A stretch of DNA of 62,980 nucleotides from an uncultured Thermofilaceae archaeon. Lineage in GTDB: Archaea > Thermoproteota > Thermoprotei > Thermofilales > Thermofilaceae. The translations under genes and the position numbers were made by a program. The DNA lies in the NCBI GenBank assembly GCA_964546235.1, contig CAZJJA010000001.1, forward strand, positions 1 to 62,980, written 5' to 3'. Below are positions 54,835 to 62,980 of this stretch, one piece after another (within the stretch, counting starts at the first letter, position 1; each line of letters opens with the position of its first letter). The notes below the pieces were generated by a model, which worked only from the letters and a program-made list of their open reading frames with translations, was not told the DNA's origin and did no database searches.

Positions 54835-56694
54835 TTGAAAGCGAATCAAATATTATCTTCTATATTTAGATATAAAATTGTGAACATTTCTGGCTACGCG
54901 TATGCTTTATTCGGATGGGCTGGAGATTTGTTAACTAAGGTGTATCCTACCTTATATGATGACATCGTTTCAGCAGATATGAAAATTTATCCTCCAGCAT
55001 ATGCTTCTCTGGTGATTTTTGTTTCATTTTTAACCTTCATAATTGGTTTGATTGTAGGAATCCCAGTTATTGTATTATCATCAATAATGACGCTTCCTGC
55101 GATCAGCAAACTAGGATTAATAGTTTTATCTATCGTTGCAATGTTTGTTCTCCCATTTATAGTTTTTATAATCTTTTTATTCCTTCCAAAGATAAAAGTA
55201 ATTTCGCGTCAATCAAAATTCGATCTAGAAATACCGTATCTTTCAGTATACATTACAGTTATGGCTACTGGAGGCATCTCACCTTATGTGAGTTTTGAAA
55301 GACTAGCAAAAGCCCCAAAACTTCTCTTTCAGGAGATAAGAAAGGAAGCACAAAGATTTTATCTTAGAGTAAGAGCAATGGGTCTAGATCCTCTCTCAGC
55401 TATAGAGGAGTCTGCGAAAAGAGTTCCACATAACGGATATAAACAATTGATGCTGGGTTACGCTGCCACCTTAAGGGCTGGAGGCGATGTTGTCCACTAT
55501 CTAAATAGACAAACAGAAATAATGTTAAGGGATAGAATCTCTCAGATCAAAACTGTAGGAGAAAGAATAGCAACTTTAATGGAGGCTTATATGGCTGTTG
55601 TTCTTCTCTCGTCTCTAACTATGTATGTACTTTTTGTTGTTAACATGGCGTTGTCGCAAGCTGGTCTAGGACTCGGTGGAGGGTCTATGCAGTTTGTTCT
55701 AATGTCTTATATCGTCATGCCAATGTTATCTGGCCTCTTTATCTACCTAGCTGATATTATGCAACCAAAATATCCAGTATACGACAAAACACCATATTAT
55801 GTTTATTTTGGAATAAGTTTGCCCATCACAATATTCTTTTTCTTTGCAATGGTTATGCCTTTCATTGTTCCCCCACCACTGTCAAACATATTTAAGAGAA
55901 TATTCCTACCCTTCGTACTTTTGATACAAAATATTACATACAACTTTGGTATGGAACAAGGTTATGAAGCTGGTGTAGGCATGATAATTGCTCTTGCAAT
56001 AGGGTTAATCCCAGCTATCATTGTAGAAACAAGATCTTCGCTTAAATACAGCGGAATACAGTATGGGCTAACCAGATTCCTTCGAGACCTCGTAGAAGTA
56101 AGGAAGACAGGTATGGCTCCAGAAAAATGTATCATAAATCTTAAAGATAGAGACTATGGTAGATTTACAAAATATCTCAGAGAAATCGCACTTCAAGTCG
56201 GATGGGGTATTTCGTTACAGAAAATTTTCGAAAAGTTTTCTAAAGGTATGAAAAACTGGTTTGCCCTGATATCAATGTTTTTGCTCGTAGAAAGCATCGA
56301 AGTTGGCGGCGGTACGCCAAGAACCCTAGAATCACTAGCAAACTATGCTGAAACTTTAGAGATGGTAGAAAAAGAGAAAAAGTCAATGATGCGCCCCCTC
56401 ATGCTTATCCCATATATTGGTGCACTAATAATTGTCATCGTCGTACTGATTCTAGTAAGCTTTATGAGATATATCCTTGGCTTTGCTGGTGCCAGCATAT
56501 CTTCTGCACGACTTGTTACGATGTTTCTCCCCCCTGTAATAATTAACAGTTATCTAATGGGATTGGTTGCAGGTAAGATTAGCTCGGAAAGAGTAGCTGC
56601 TGGCTTTAAACATGCCTTTCTCCTTCTCCTCGCTAATCTATTCGCCATGATAATAACGCCATCAATAACTGTAAGTCTTATACCTAGACTATAG
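54835..56694 (+). CDS. FlaJ/TadC-like polytopic membrane platform protein (T2SS-F domains)
   Basis: 619 aa with about 9 TM segments and two cytoplasmic helical domains. Divergent from the secretion ATPase. TTG start. Confidence 0.7.
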   Translation: MKANQILSSIFRYKIVNISGYAYALFGWAGDLLTKVYPTLYDDIVSADMKIYPPAYASLVIFVSFLTFIIGLIVGIPVIVLSSIMTLPAISKLGLIVLSIVAMFVLPFIVFIIFLFLPKIKVISRQSKFDLEIPYLSVYITVMATGGISPYVSFERLAKAPKLLFQEIRKEAQRFYLRVRAMGLDPLSAIEESAKRVPHNGYKQLMLGYAATLRAGGDVVHYLNRQTEIMLRDRISQIKTVGERIATLMEAYMAVVLLSSLTMYVLFVVNMALSQAGLGLGGGSMQFVLMSYIVMPMLSGLFIYLADIMQPKYPVYDKTPYYVYFGISLPITIFFFFAMVMPFIVPPPLSNIFKRIFLPFVLLIQNITYNFGMEQGYEAGVGMIIALAIGLIPAIIVETRSSLKYSGIQYGLTRFLRDLVEVRKTGMAPEKCIINLKDRDYGRFTKYLREIALQVGWGISLQKIFEKFSKGMKNWFALISMFLLVESIEVGGGTPRTLESLANYAETLEMVEKEKKSMMRPLMLIPYIGALIIVIVVLILVSFMRYILGFAGASISSARLVTMFLPPVIINSYLMGLVAGKISSERVAAGFKHAFLLLLANLFAMIITPSITVSLIPRL

Positions 56695-56704
56695 GCTGAG
56701 AACG

Positions 56705-57250
56705 TTGGCTATACTAATAACGGGAACACCAGGTGTAGGAAAAACTACGGTTGCTAAGCTTTTAGCTAAAAAAATTAATAAAAAATATATTTCGCTAAGG
56801 GACATTATTCTACAAAATAAATTATATACACAATATGATAAACAACTTGATTCATATATTGCTGATATAGAAAAAACCAAGAAATTTATGAAGCAACTTT
56901 TATCTTGCGAGGAAATTGTAGACACACATCTCGTTGAAGCACTACCACCATCAAAGATAAAATATGTGATAGTATTAAGACTAAATCCAGATATTCTCTA
57001 TAAAAGACTAAAAAACAGAGGATATGCTGACGCTAAGATTAAACAAAATGTTGAAGCTGAAATTCTAGATCTTATTCTTGCCGATTCTGCAGCAATGTTT
57101 GGGAAAGATAAGGTATTTGAAATTGATACAACAATGAAAAAACCTGAAGAAACGGTGGATATAATACTTGATATAATAAATACTGGTAAAGGTCCAAAAC
57201 CTGGTTCAGTTGACTGGCTTGAAAAATATAGCAATTATCTTAGCATTTAA
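56705..57250 (+). CDS. Adenylate kinase-like NTPase (AK6/Fap7 family)
   Basis: 181 aa with P-loop ILITGTPGVGKTT. Size and layout fit Fap7. TTG start. Confidence 0.75.
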   Translation: MAILITGTPGVGKTTVAKLLAKKINKKYISLRDIILQNKLYTQYDKQLDSYIADIEKTKKFMKQLLSCEEIVDTHLVEALPPSKIKYVIVLRLNPDILYKRLKNRGYADAKIKQNVEAEILDLILADSAAMFGKDKVFEIDTTMKKPEETVDIILDIINTGKGPKPGSVDWLEKYSNYLSI

Positions 57251-57445
57251 CTGTTATTTTTCAATTTTTAGAATAAAAGTAACAACAATTTCCTGTTCTA
57301 ATTTCTAATAAAAATAATCGATCCAGAAAAAATCACTAGAATGTTAAAATAATGGTTATTCTTTTACTTTGTTTCTAGCTTTAATTTATATATCTTTCTA
57401 TGAACCTTTTTATAACATTAATATCGGCTTCATTATCGATAAGGC

Positions 57446-59602
57446 ATGTCTAGCGAAATATACGAACTTATAAAATCTGCAAAACCAGAAAAGCTACCAT
57501 CACCTCCGCCCGTTCAAGATCATGCAAGTTTAGTAGTATTCACGGCACTAAAAGGACATGTATATCTAGCAGCAGATCACTTGCTTAATCCCGCGATATC
57601 TGATACAATTACAGATGTCATAGGACAAATTTGCAGACAATTACATCTGGAAATCTTGAACAGTGATTTAAGAATAAATGAGGATATAGTTAAGTTATCA
57701 AGAGCTTATGATCTTCTCGTAGAGATTGCATTAAACCTAGTTGGAGTCGAAAGGCTATGGTCTGGCGTTAGTGAAGAAGATAGACACCGTGCTCTAGAAA
57801 TCATCATAAGCGAACTAGAAGCATTAGAAGATATTGAGAAGAAAAAATATGATAACAAGCCCATCGCAAAGTCAGTCATCAAATTGAAGATAGAAGACAT
57901 GAAAAAGGTCATGGCTGGAGATCCAAAGAGAGTTGGAATGGTAGCATGGATGGGTGAAAGGATAGAAAAGCGGCTAAACTGGGATAAACCCACTATTTCA
58001 TTTATCAGAGAAGCAAAGAAAGAAATAGAAGAAAACGCGTATTACCGAATGACCTTACAAGGTCTATGTAGGTTTGGAAACGACTATGCATTAGGTTTAC
58101 GCTGGCTTAGACGCCTAGGTTATGTCCAGGTTTCAACAAATCCCCAGCTTGCAGCAATAGCATATAGAGACGACCCATCCTTATGGGAAAAGTTTAAAGA
58201 ATATCTTCGTTCACATCCCGAATTACTAGAGAGTCCAGAAGAAAAGGGCGATGAACTAGCAATGGCCGCTACTCTTATAGCATTATGGCCCAACATGGAA
58301 GTCTTTAGACCCGTTGCATATCTGCTCGACTTCAACGACGGCATGATAAGTTATCAGCTCAACCCTAATGTTGCTGACAATGTCGACGAAAGCGTTAAAG
58401 ATGCTCTAAAAATCTATGATCTTTGCGAGAAGTATTTCGCAAAATATGACGAGTACCTCCTATGGGGCTGGCCTAGAACTATTGAAAGAAAAAGACCAAA
58501 CATAGTATTTAAAGTAGCCGGATCAAGCCCTGCTGCTATAGACATAACAAGAATACTTGAATCATTGGGAATAGGTACAAATAACACAGTTACGTACACA
58601 GTGGCCCAAGAAGCGCAATTAATCCTTGCAAAAATCGAGGGACGGGCTGAGGCAAAGCATAGGGGGCTTAAAGTTACGAAAGTTTATGAAACCAATATGG
58701 GAGGAAGACTTGAAGGTCATTTGAGAGAAGTAAAGGCAGCTGAACTTATTCGTGAAGCTCTCAGCCACTTTGATAATCCTGAAGAAAAACTTGCAGAATT
58801 AGCGAAAAAATTAGGGGTCCCCGAGGTTGAGGTCGGCAAGGTTTGGAAAGGACCTTCTGGCTGGGGATTCGACATAGAAGCAAAGACACTTGATGAAAAA
58901 ATAGAACTAGTATCTTCTAGAGCCTACCTAAGACCGTTGACAAAAGAAACATTCGCCGAATTTCTAGCCGAAGCAGGCGTCTGCGGCGGAACGAAGGAAG
59001 AAGTCATGGAATGCCTTAAAGTATGGGAAGAAGCTATCGGAATGGCCGGAACACTAGTAGCACAGCGTGTTTGGTGGCTCTTCTTCTCTGATGAAAACTG
59101 GCATAAATGGATCGGATATATTGTAAAGAAATACGGTGTTACACCAGAGGATGCAGAAGAAATATTAGGAAATATAGATGTTCTTCCAGCCTCAAAGCGC
59201 AAACCCATGGATACCTATCTCACCCTATCTAGCAGAAACATGACTAACACAGAGTTCCCCAATCACCAGTTAAACGTTCATAAACTATATCTTGAAAACA
59301 AGCTACGGCTAGAGGATTACGCAGAATCTATCACACGGACCCATGACTCTAAATACGTAGAAATACTAAGCAAGATAGAAGACTTCCGAAAAGCCTACGA
59401 ACTGACCCCAGAACTCATTAAAATCTTCAAGGAAGTAGGAATTGACGTGGAGAATTGGGGTACAGGTGGCACACGACCCGAAGATTGGGTAAAGTTCGGC
59501 TCACAAATAAAAACAATGAAGGGATTCAAAAACGCATACAACAAGTTTAAAGAGCAATGTATAAAAATTGCATTAGAAGTTAAAGAAGAGCTAAAGAAAT
59601 AA
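57446..59602 (+). CDS. Large protein with embedded transaldolase-like (class I aldolase) domain
   Basis: 718 aa. YVQVSTNPQLAAIA (compare the TTNPS motif), ISYQLNP, and IVFKVAGSSPAAIDITRILESLGIGTNNTVTYTVAQ (compare the IKIPaT...GI.cN.TLlFs..Q Schiff-base Lys block). Confidence 0.5.
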   Translation: MSSEIYELIKSAKPEKLPSPPPVQDHASLVVFTALKGHVYLAADHLLNPAISDTITDVIGQICRQLHLEILNSDLRINEDIVKLSRAYDLLVEIALNLVGVERLWSGVSEEDRHRALEIIISELEALEDIEKKKYDNKPIAKSVIKLKIEDMKKVMAGDPKRVGMVAWMGERIEKRLNWDKPTISFIREAKKEIEENAYYRMTLQGLCRFGNDYALGLRWLRRLGYVQVSTNPQLAAIAYRDDPSLWEKFKEYLRSHPELLESPEEKGDELAMAATLIALWPNMEVFRPVAYLLDFNDGMISYQLNPNVADNVDESVKDALKIYDLCEKYFAKYDEYLLWGWPRTIERKRPNIVFKVAGSSPAAIDITRILESLGIGTNNTVTYTVAQEAQLILAKIEGRAEAKHRGLKVTKVYETNMGGRLEGHLREVKAAELIREALSHFDNPEEKLAELAKKLGVPEVEVGKVWKGPSGWGFDIEAKTLDEKIELVSSRAYLRPLTKETFAEFLAEAGVCGGTKEEVMECLKVWEEAIGMAGTLVAQRVWWLFFSDENWHKWIGYIVKKYGVTPEDAEEILGNIDVLPASKRKPMDTYLTLSSRNMTNTEFPNHQLNVHKLYLENKLRLEDYAESITRTHDSKYVEILSKIEDFRKAYELTPELIKIFKEVGIDVENWGTGGTRPEDWVKFGSQIKTMKGFKNAYNKFKEQCIKIALEVKEELKK

Positions 59603-59759
59603 ATTTCATAATTTTATCGATTTTAAATTTTTGATTTTTTATTTTTATAAATAACAAATTCCTTGATATAGATCATTTCAGTATAGTTTATTCGGGAGAC
59701 TTAACAAAAAATCGAAGTGAATAATTTATATTCAGCCTTTTAATGATGAAAGTAGAGAG

Positions 59760-60194
59760 ATGAACAAGAGAATTTTTGGGGTGGGAGTAGGCCGACATCT
59801 TATAGTAGAAATGTTCGAATGCGACCCAAAGGCTCTTGATAGCTTAGATACTGTCAAAAACGCTCTCATAGACGCTACGGTAGCTTCTAATAGCACAGTA
59901 GTAGGTTTTGATTTCTATCGTTTTAAACCCCATGGAGTCAGCGGCTATGTTCTTATTGCAGAATCACACATATCCATACACACATGGCCAGAATACGGCT
60001 ACGCAGCAGTTGATGTTTTTACATGCGGCGAGCACACAAATCCTTGGAAAGGACTACAAGTTTTAAAGGAAAGATTCAAGGCCAAAAAAGTGACAATAGT
60101 AGAGATAACACGTGGCGTTGGTGTAGAGCAGTATAAAGGATATTGGATTCCGGAAGAAGAGAAAACCATCAACATCATTTCAAAAACAAAATAG
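59760..60194 (+). CDS. speH: S-adenosylmethionine decarboxylase proenzyme (SpeH type)
   Basis: 144 aa with self-cleavage/pyruvoyl motif LIAESHISIHTWPE. Confidence 0.85.
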   Translation: MNKRIFGVGVGRHLIVEMFECDPKALDSLDTVKNALIDATVASNSTVVGFDFYRFKPHGVSGYVLIAESHISIHTWPEYGYAAVDVFTCGEHTNPWKGLQVLKERFKAKKVTIVEITRGVGVEQYKGYWIPEEEKTINIISKTK

Positions 60195-60333
60195 TTTTTT
60201 TATTTTTAATAAATCATATAAAACTTAATTTATATATTAAAAGTGAAAAGCCGACAGTATGAAACATTAGATAAAGTAGTTATCAGAGCAAAAACCTTAA
60301 TTTAACGTCGCCATTCCACTAAAAGGGATATGT

Positions 60334-60687
60334 ATGCCTGAGTTTAAAGTCGTAATTTCAGATCCAAAAACTGGAAAAGCAGAGCAAGTTGAGGTAAAAG
60401 GTGAAGCCGCAGCCAAACTAGTGGGTCTTAAAATTGGGGACACATTCAACGGCGAAATAATAGGAAAACCTGGACTTGTATTGAAGATCACTGGAGGTTC
60501 TGGAAGAGCCGGAGAACCCATGAGGCCTGATGTTCATGGTGGTGTAAAGAAATATGTATTGCTATCTGGTCCTCCCGGCTTTCATCCCAGAGAAAAAGGT
60601 GAGAGAAGAAGAAAATTTGTTAGAGGAAATACTATAACTGAAGACATTGTTCAAGTAAATACAATAATAGTACATTCTGAATCATGA
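60334..60687 (+). CDS. rps6e: 30S ribosomal protein S6e
   Basis: 117 aa. [21 protein letters not shown]...[18 protein letters not shown]. Confidence 0.85.
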   Translation: MPEFKVVISDPKTGKAEQVEVKGEAAAKLVGLKIGDTFNGEIIGKPGLVLKITGGSGRAGEPMRPDVHGGVKKYVLLSGPPGFHPREKGERRRKFVRGNTITEDIVQVNTIIVHSES

Positions 60688-60858
60688 TCCGAAAACGTGC
60701 TTTTTATTAACTGATAACTTTTACTTATATTACCCATATAAATTTAAAATAATTTTAACAAATTTTCTATTGATAAAGATAAGTATTTTCTAATTCAACA
60801 TTTTATTTGAGTCCTTTGTTGTCTTTTTAATAAATTTGCAACAAAGAAAAGGGTAAAT

Positions 60859-61263
60859 ATGCGAAGAACCAAGATAAATGTTCTTGAATGCAACGTCATG
60901 ATACTGTATCATGAACTCTACTTACAGCAAGAAAACTTTGAAAAATTTCTTAGTAACCTTTTACAACCGTTTGTAGATGTAATTGCATTTCTTACAGCGC
61001 TTGCCTTTGCTCTAGGAGTTTTAGGGTTTATTTTTCTGATTCTTCAAGGAGTCTTCAAATGGACTGTTGGTGGTAGTTTTGGAAGGAGCATGGCTGTTCA
61101 AACATTTATCAAGGCAGCAGAGACCTTAGCTATTATTCCTATAATCTTCTTCATATCAAGCATACTAAAGAGTATAGGTATAGAAGAGTTCACCCAAATT
61201 GCTGAAATAATGGATCAGCTCTTACAACGAGGCTGGAAACTACTTATATCCGCGCTTGGATAA
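60859..61263 (+). CDS. Small two-TM hairpin membrane protein (VirB2/CedA1-like architecture, hypothesis)
   Basis: 134 aa. TM1 VIAFLTALAFALGVLGFIFLILQGVF, loop KWTVGGSFGR, TM2 TLAIIPIIFFISSIL. Overlaps the next gene by 8 nt. Confidence 0.5.
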   Translation: MRRTKINVLECNVMILYHELYLQQENFEKFLSNLLQPFVDVIAFLTALAFALGVLGFIFLILQGVFKWTVGGSFGRSMAVQTFIKAAETLAIIPIIFFISSILKSIGIEEFTQIAEIMDQLLQRGWKLLISALG

Positions 61264-62053
61264 CGCGGGGAAATCAATGAACATATACGAAGCCACGATT
61301 ATTTCTCTAGGATTTACAGCCTTTCTCTCGTATTCGGCTCTTCTCTGGACAATTGGGAAAAGAAAAGAGGCAATATACTACATATATGACGCCTTTACGA
61401 TTTTGTTTTTTATCCTTATTACTCAATTAATAATGTTTTTTACAATAAAATTTGCCAATTTTATAGGAATAAATCTAACATCATTGCCAGACCGTCAGAG
61501 CTTAATTGATGCATCATATTCAATGGACCAAATAAGGCTTTATTCAGTAAACTGGATAATTGCCATAGCTAGTTTTCGAGCCGCACTTCTGTTAACCCCG
61601 TTTACATCTCCTTTCTCATATGTCCTAGGCAGTGCAACTAACTGGAGTCTAACGATATTTAACCTTTCAGCGATAATCTTTCTTTTCTATTCAATATTTA
61701 CTCGAGTCTTCGCTGAAGCATATCCATATATGTTATTCTTAGGTTCAACGCTTACACCAATACCCAAGCTGAGATCTTTGGGTTCCGGCTTATTATCCGC
61801 AACAATTACATTGTCTATAGCACTATTATACATAGAACACAGAGTGAAGATATTTCAGGCATATCTTCCACTCCCACCTAGTTTTAATCCTATAGATTGG
61901 CTAAATATAGCTACTCTGGCATCCGATGCCGCGATAATTCTAACACACTTACTTGTTGAAAGTGGATTTGCATTCTCTATAGCTACTACTGTGACAATTG
62001 CACTAAGTCGTATGCTTTCTGGCGTTGCACTGATGGTGAAAACCACAATATGA
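61256..62053 (+). CDS. Polytopic (6-7 TM) membrane protein (CedA/VirB6-like architecture, hypothesis)
   Basis: 265 aa and almost entirely hydrophobic helices. ATGA overlap with the downstream ORF. Confidence 0.5.
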   Translation: MDNAGKSMNIYEATIISLGFTAFLSYSALLWTIGKRKEAIYYIYDAFTILFFILITQLIMFFTIKFANFIGINLTSLPDRQSLIDASYSMDQIRLYSVNWIIAIASFRAALLLTPFTSPFSYVLGSATNWSLTIFNLSAIIFLFYSIFTRVFAEAYPYMLFLGSTLTPIPKLRSLGSGLLSATITLSIALLYIEHRVKIFQAYLPLPPSFNPIDWLNIATLASDAAIILTHLLVESGFAFSIATTVTIALSRMLSGVALMVKTTI

Positions 62054-62980
62054 TTCCGAAACTTTTTTTCCTAATAATAGCATTAGCGATTGTATATTTT
62101 TTAGCTAAATTCGTCTATGAATATTTAATTAGAAAAAGATTATCATTAGATACTTTAGTTAAAGATATTCTTATAACCATATTTTTTTCAATTATATTAT
62201 ACTTTTTAATAAATCCAAGTGATATATTACTAAAATTAAACATAAACCCATCACTATTTGACGCCAACTTTGCACTGGATAAACTAAATCTCTATTTCCA
62301 GCAGTCTAAGTTATATCTAGACTTTATTGTCTCTACGTCATTTTTTATAGCTATAACAGATTTAATAATAAGCATCACGGCTTTAATGTCACTTTCAGCA
62401 TTGAACATCTTATCTGTATATCAATTCTATACACATCAAATCCTTGGTGTTTTAGAAAGCCTAGCCTCACTCTTAGGTTTAATAATTATAATTATACATG
62501 CTCTGACATATCTTCTAAAAATATCATTAAATCTAAAATCTATACTAGACATTTCTTTATTATCATTAATTCCTCCAAAATTCAGACATTTAGGCAAAAT
62601 CATTCTCGTTTTCTACATTTTCTTATATTTTATTTTACCATTTATAGTGAATTATTCGATAAATTATAGTAATCTATCCTATTTTTCATATAACTATCCT
62701 AGTAACTTTACAGCTATAAAAGTTAGGGTAAAAGACTATACTAACAGCCCTGTATTATTGCCAGTATTACTACATTTAAAGGGAGAAAACTTTTCAAAGC
62801 ATTACATTTTGAAAGTGTATGATTCAAAGCAGATCTATCTTTTTACGAGAGAATATAAAGCCTCATCAGTCTACATCTATTGGCATAATTTATCAAATAG
62901 TGGGTGCTGTTATAATAGAGAAAGTTATAGTTATTGTTATAACTGTTTTATAAGTCCAGCAACCTTAGATTTAAGAAATA
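62050..62980 (+). CDS. Membrane protein with Cys-rich extracytoplasmic C-region (3' end outside window)
   Basis: Frame +1 is open from ATG at 62050 to the window edge (not in the ORF track). MIPKLFFLIIALAIVYFLAKF..., several TM helices, then ...NLSNSGCCYNRESYSYCYNCF. Confidence 0.5.
   Translation, partial: MIPKLFFLIIALAIVYFLAKFVYEYLIRKRLSLDTLVKDILITIFFSIILYFLINPSDILLKLNINPSLFDANFALDKLNLYFQQSKLYLDFIVSTSFFIAITDLIISITALMSLSALNILSVYQFYTHQILGVLESLASLLGLIIIIIHALTYLLKISLNLKSILDISLLSLIPPKFRHLGKIILVFYIFLYFILPFIVNYSINYSNLSYFSYNYPSNFTAIKVRVKDYTNSPVLLPVLLHLKGENFSKHYILKVYDSKQIYLFTREYKASSVYIYWHNLSNSGCCYNRESYSYCYNCFISPATLDLRN

Noticed and set aside
59738-59770. AAUGAUGA immediately upstream of speH as a C box
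   Set aside because: No D', C' or D boxes follow it. The sequence runs directly into the speH start codon.
1-62980. CRISPR arrays, rRNA operons, IS elements, transposases or integrases
   Set aside because: By eye I found no regularly spaced direct repeats, no rRNA-like GC islands longer than the SRP/RNase P RNAs, and no ORF with DDE, tyrosine- or serine-recombinase motifs. A repeat-finding program should confirm this.

Overview
This is a dense, mostly housekeeping chromosomal segment of an AT-rich hyperthermophilic archaeon. The coding DNA is AT-rich, while the stable-RNA genes stand out as sharp GC islands. Gene content (Rpo7/Spt4, aIF2-gamma, aIF5B, TmcA, Kae1/Bud32, FEN-1/ligase, intron-containing tRNAs) points to a crenarchaeote of the Desulfurococcales type. 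Staphylothermus-like is a guess from composition only.

I call about 75 protein genes. These include two ribosomal or RNAP genes too short for the ORF track (rpoP, rps27ae) and an open-ended membrane-protein ORF at the 3' edge. I also call RNase P RNA and SRP RNA in tandem, three canonical tRNAs (His with encoded G-1 and an intron, Val, Ala with an intron) and three C/D box sRNAs.

Items worth a second look:
- A cluster of unassigned GC-rich RNA-like modules at 26.1-26.6 kb and 30.8 kb. It includes a perfect tRNA T-arm/acceptor/CCA module with no recognisable 5' half, and a promoter-spaced tRNA 5' module with no T arm. These may be split or atypical tRNA pieces, but I could not fold either into a cloverleaf.
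- A run of overlapping membrane-protein genes at the 3' edge. Their architecture resembles the Ced/Ted (VirB2/VirB6-like) DNA-import module.
- A divergent type-IV-pilus-like ATPase/platform pair with no adjacent pilin gene. The ATPase carries extra Lys-rich and winged-helix-like extensions.
- A 718-aa protein with an embedded transaldolase-like domain.
- Tandem coiled-coil paralogs with SHOCT-like motifs.

I saw no CRISPR array, rRNA, IS element or integrase. All functional calls come from motif recognition by eye and need database confirmation.
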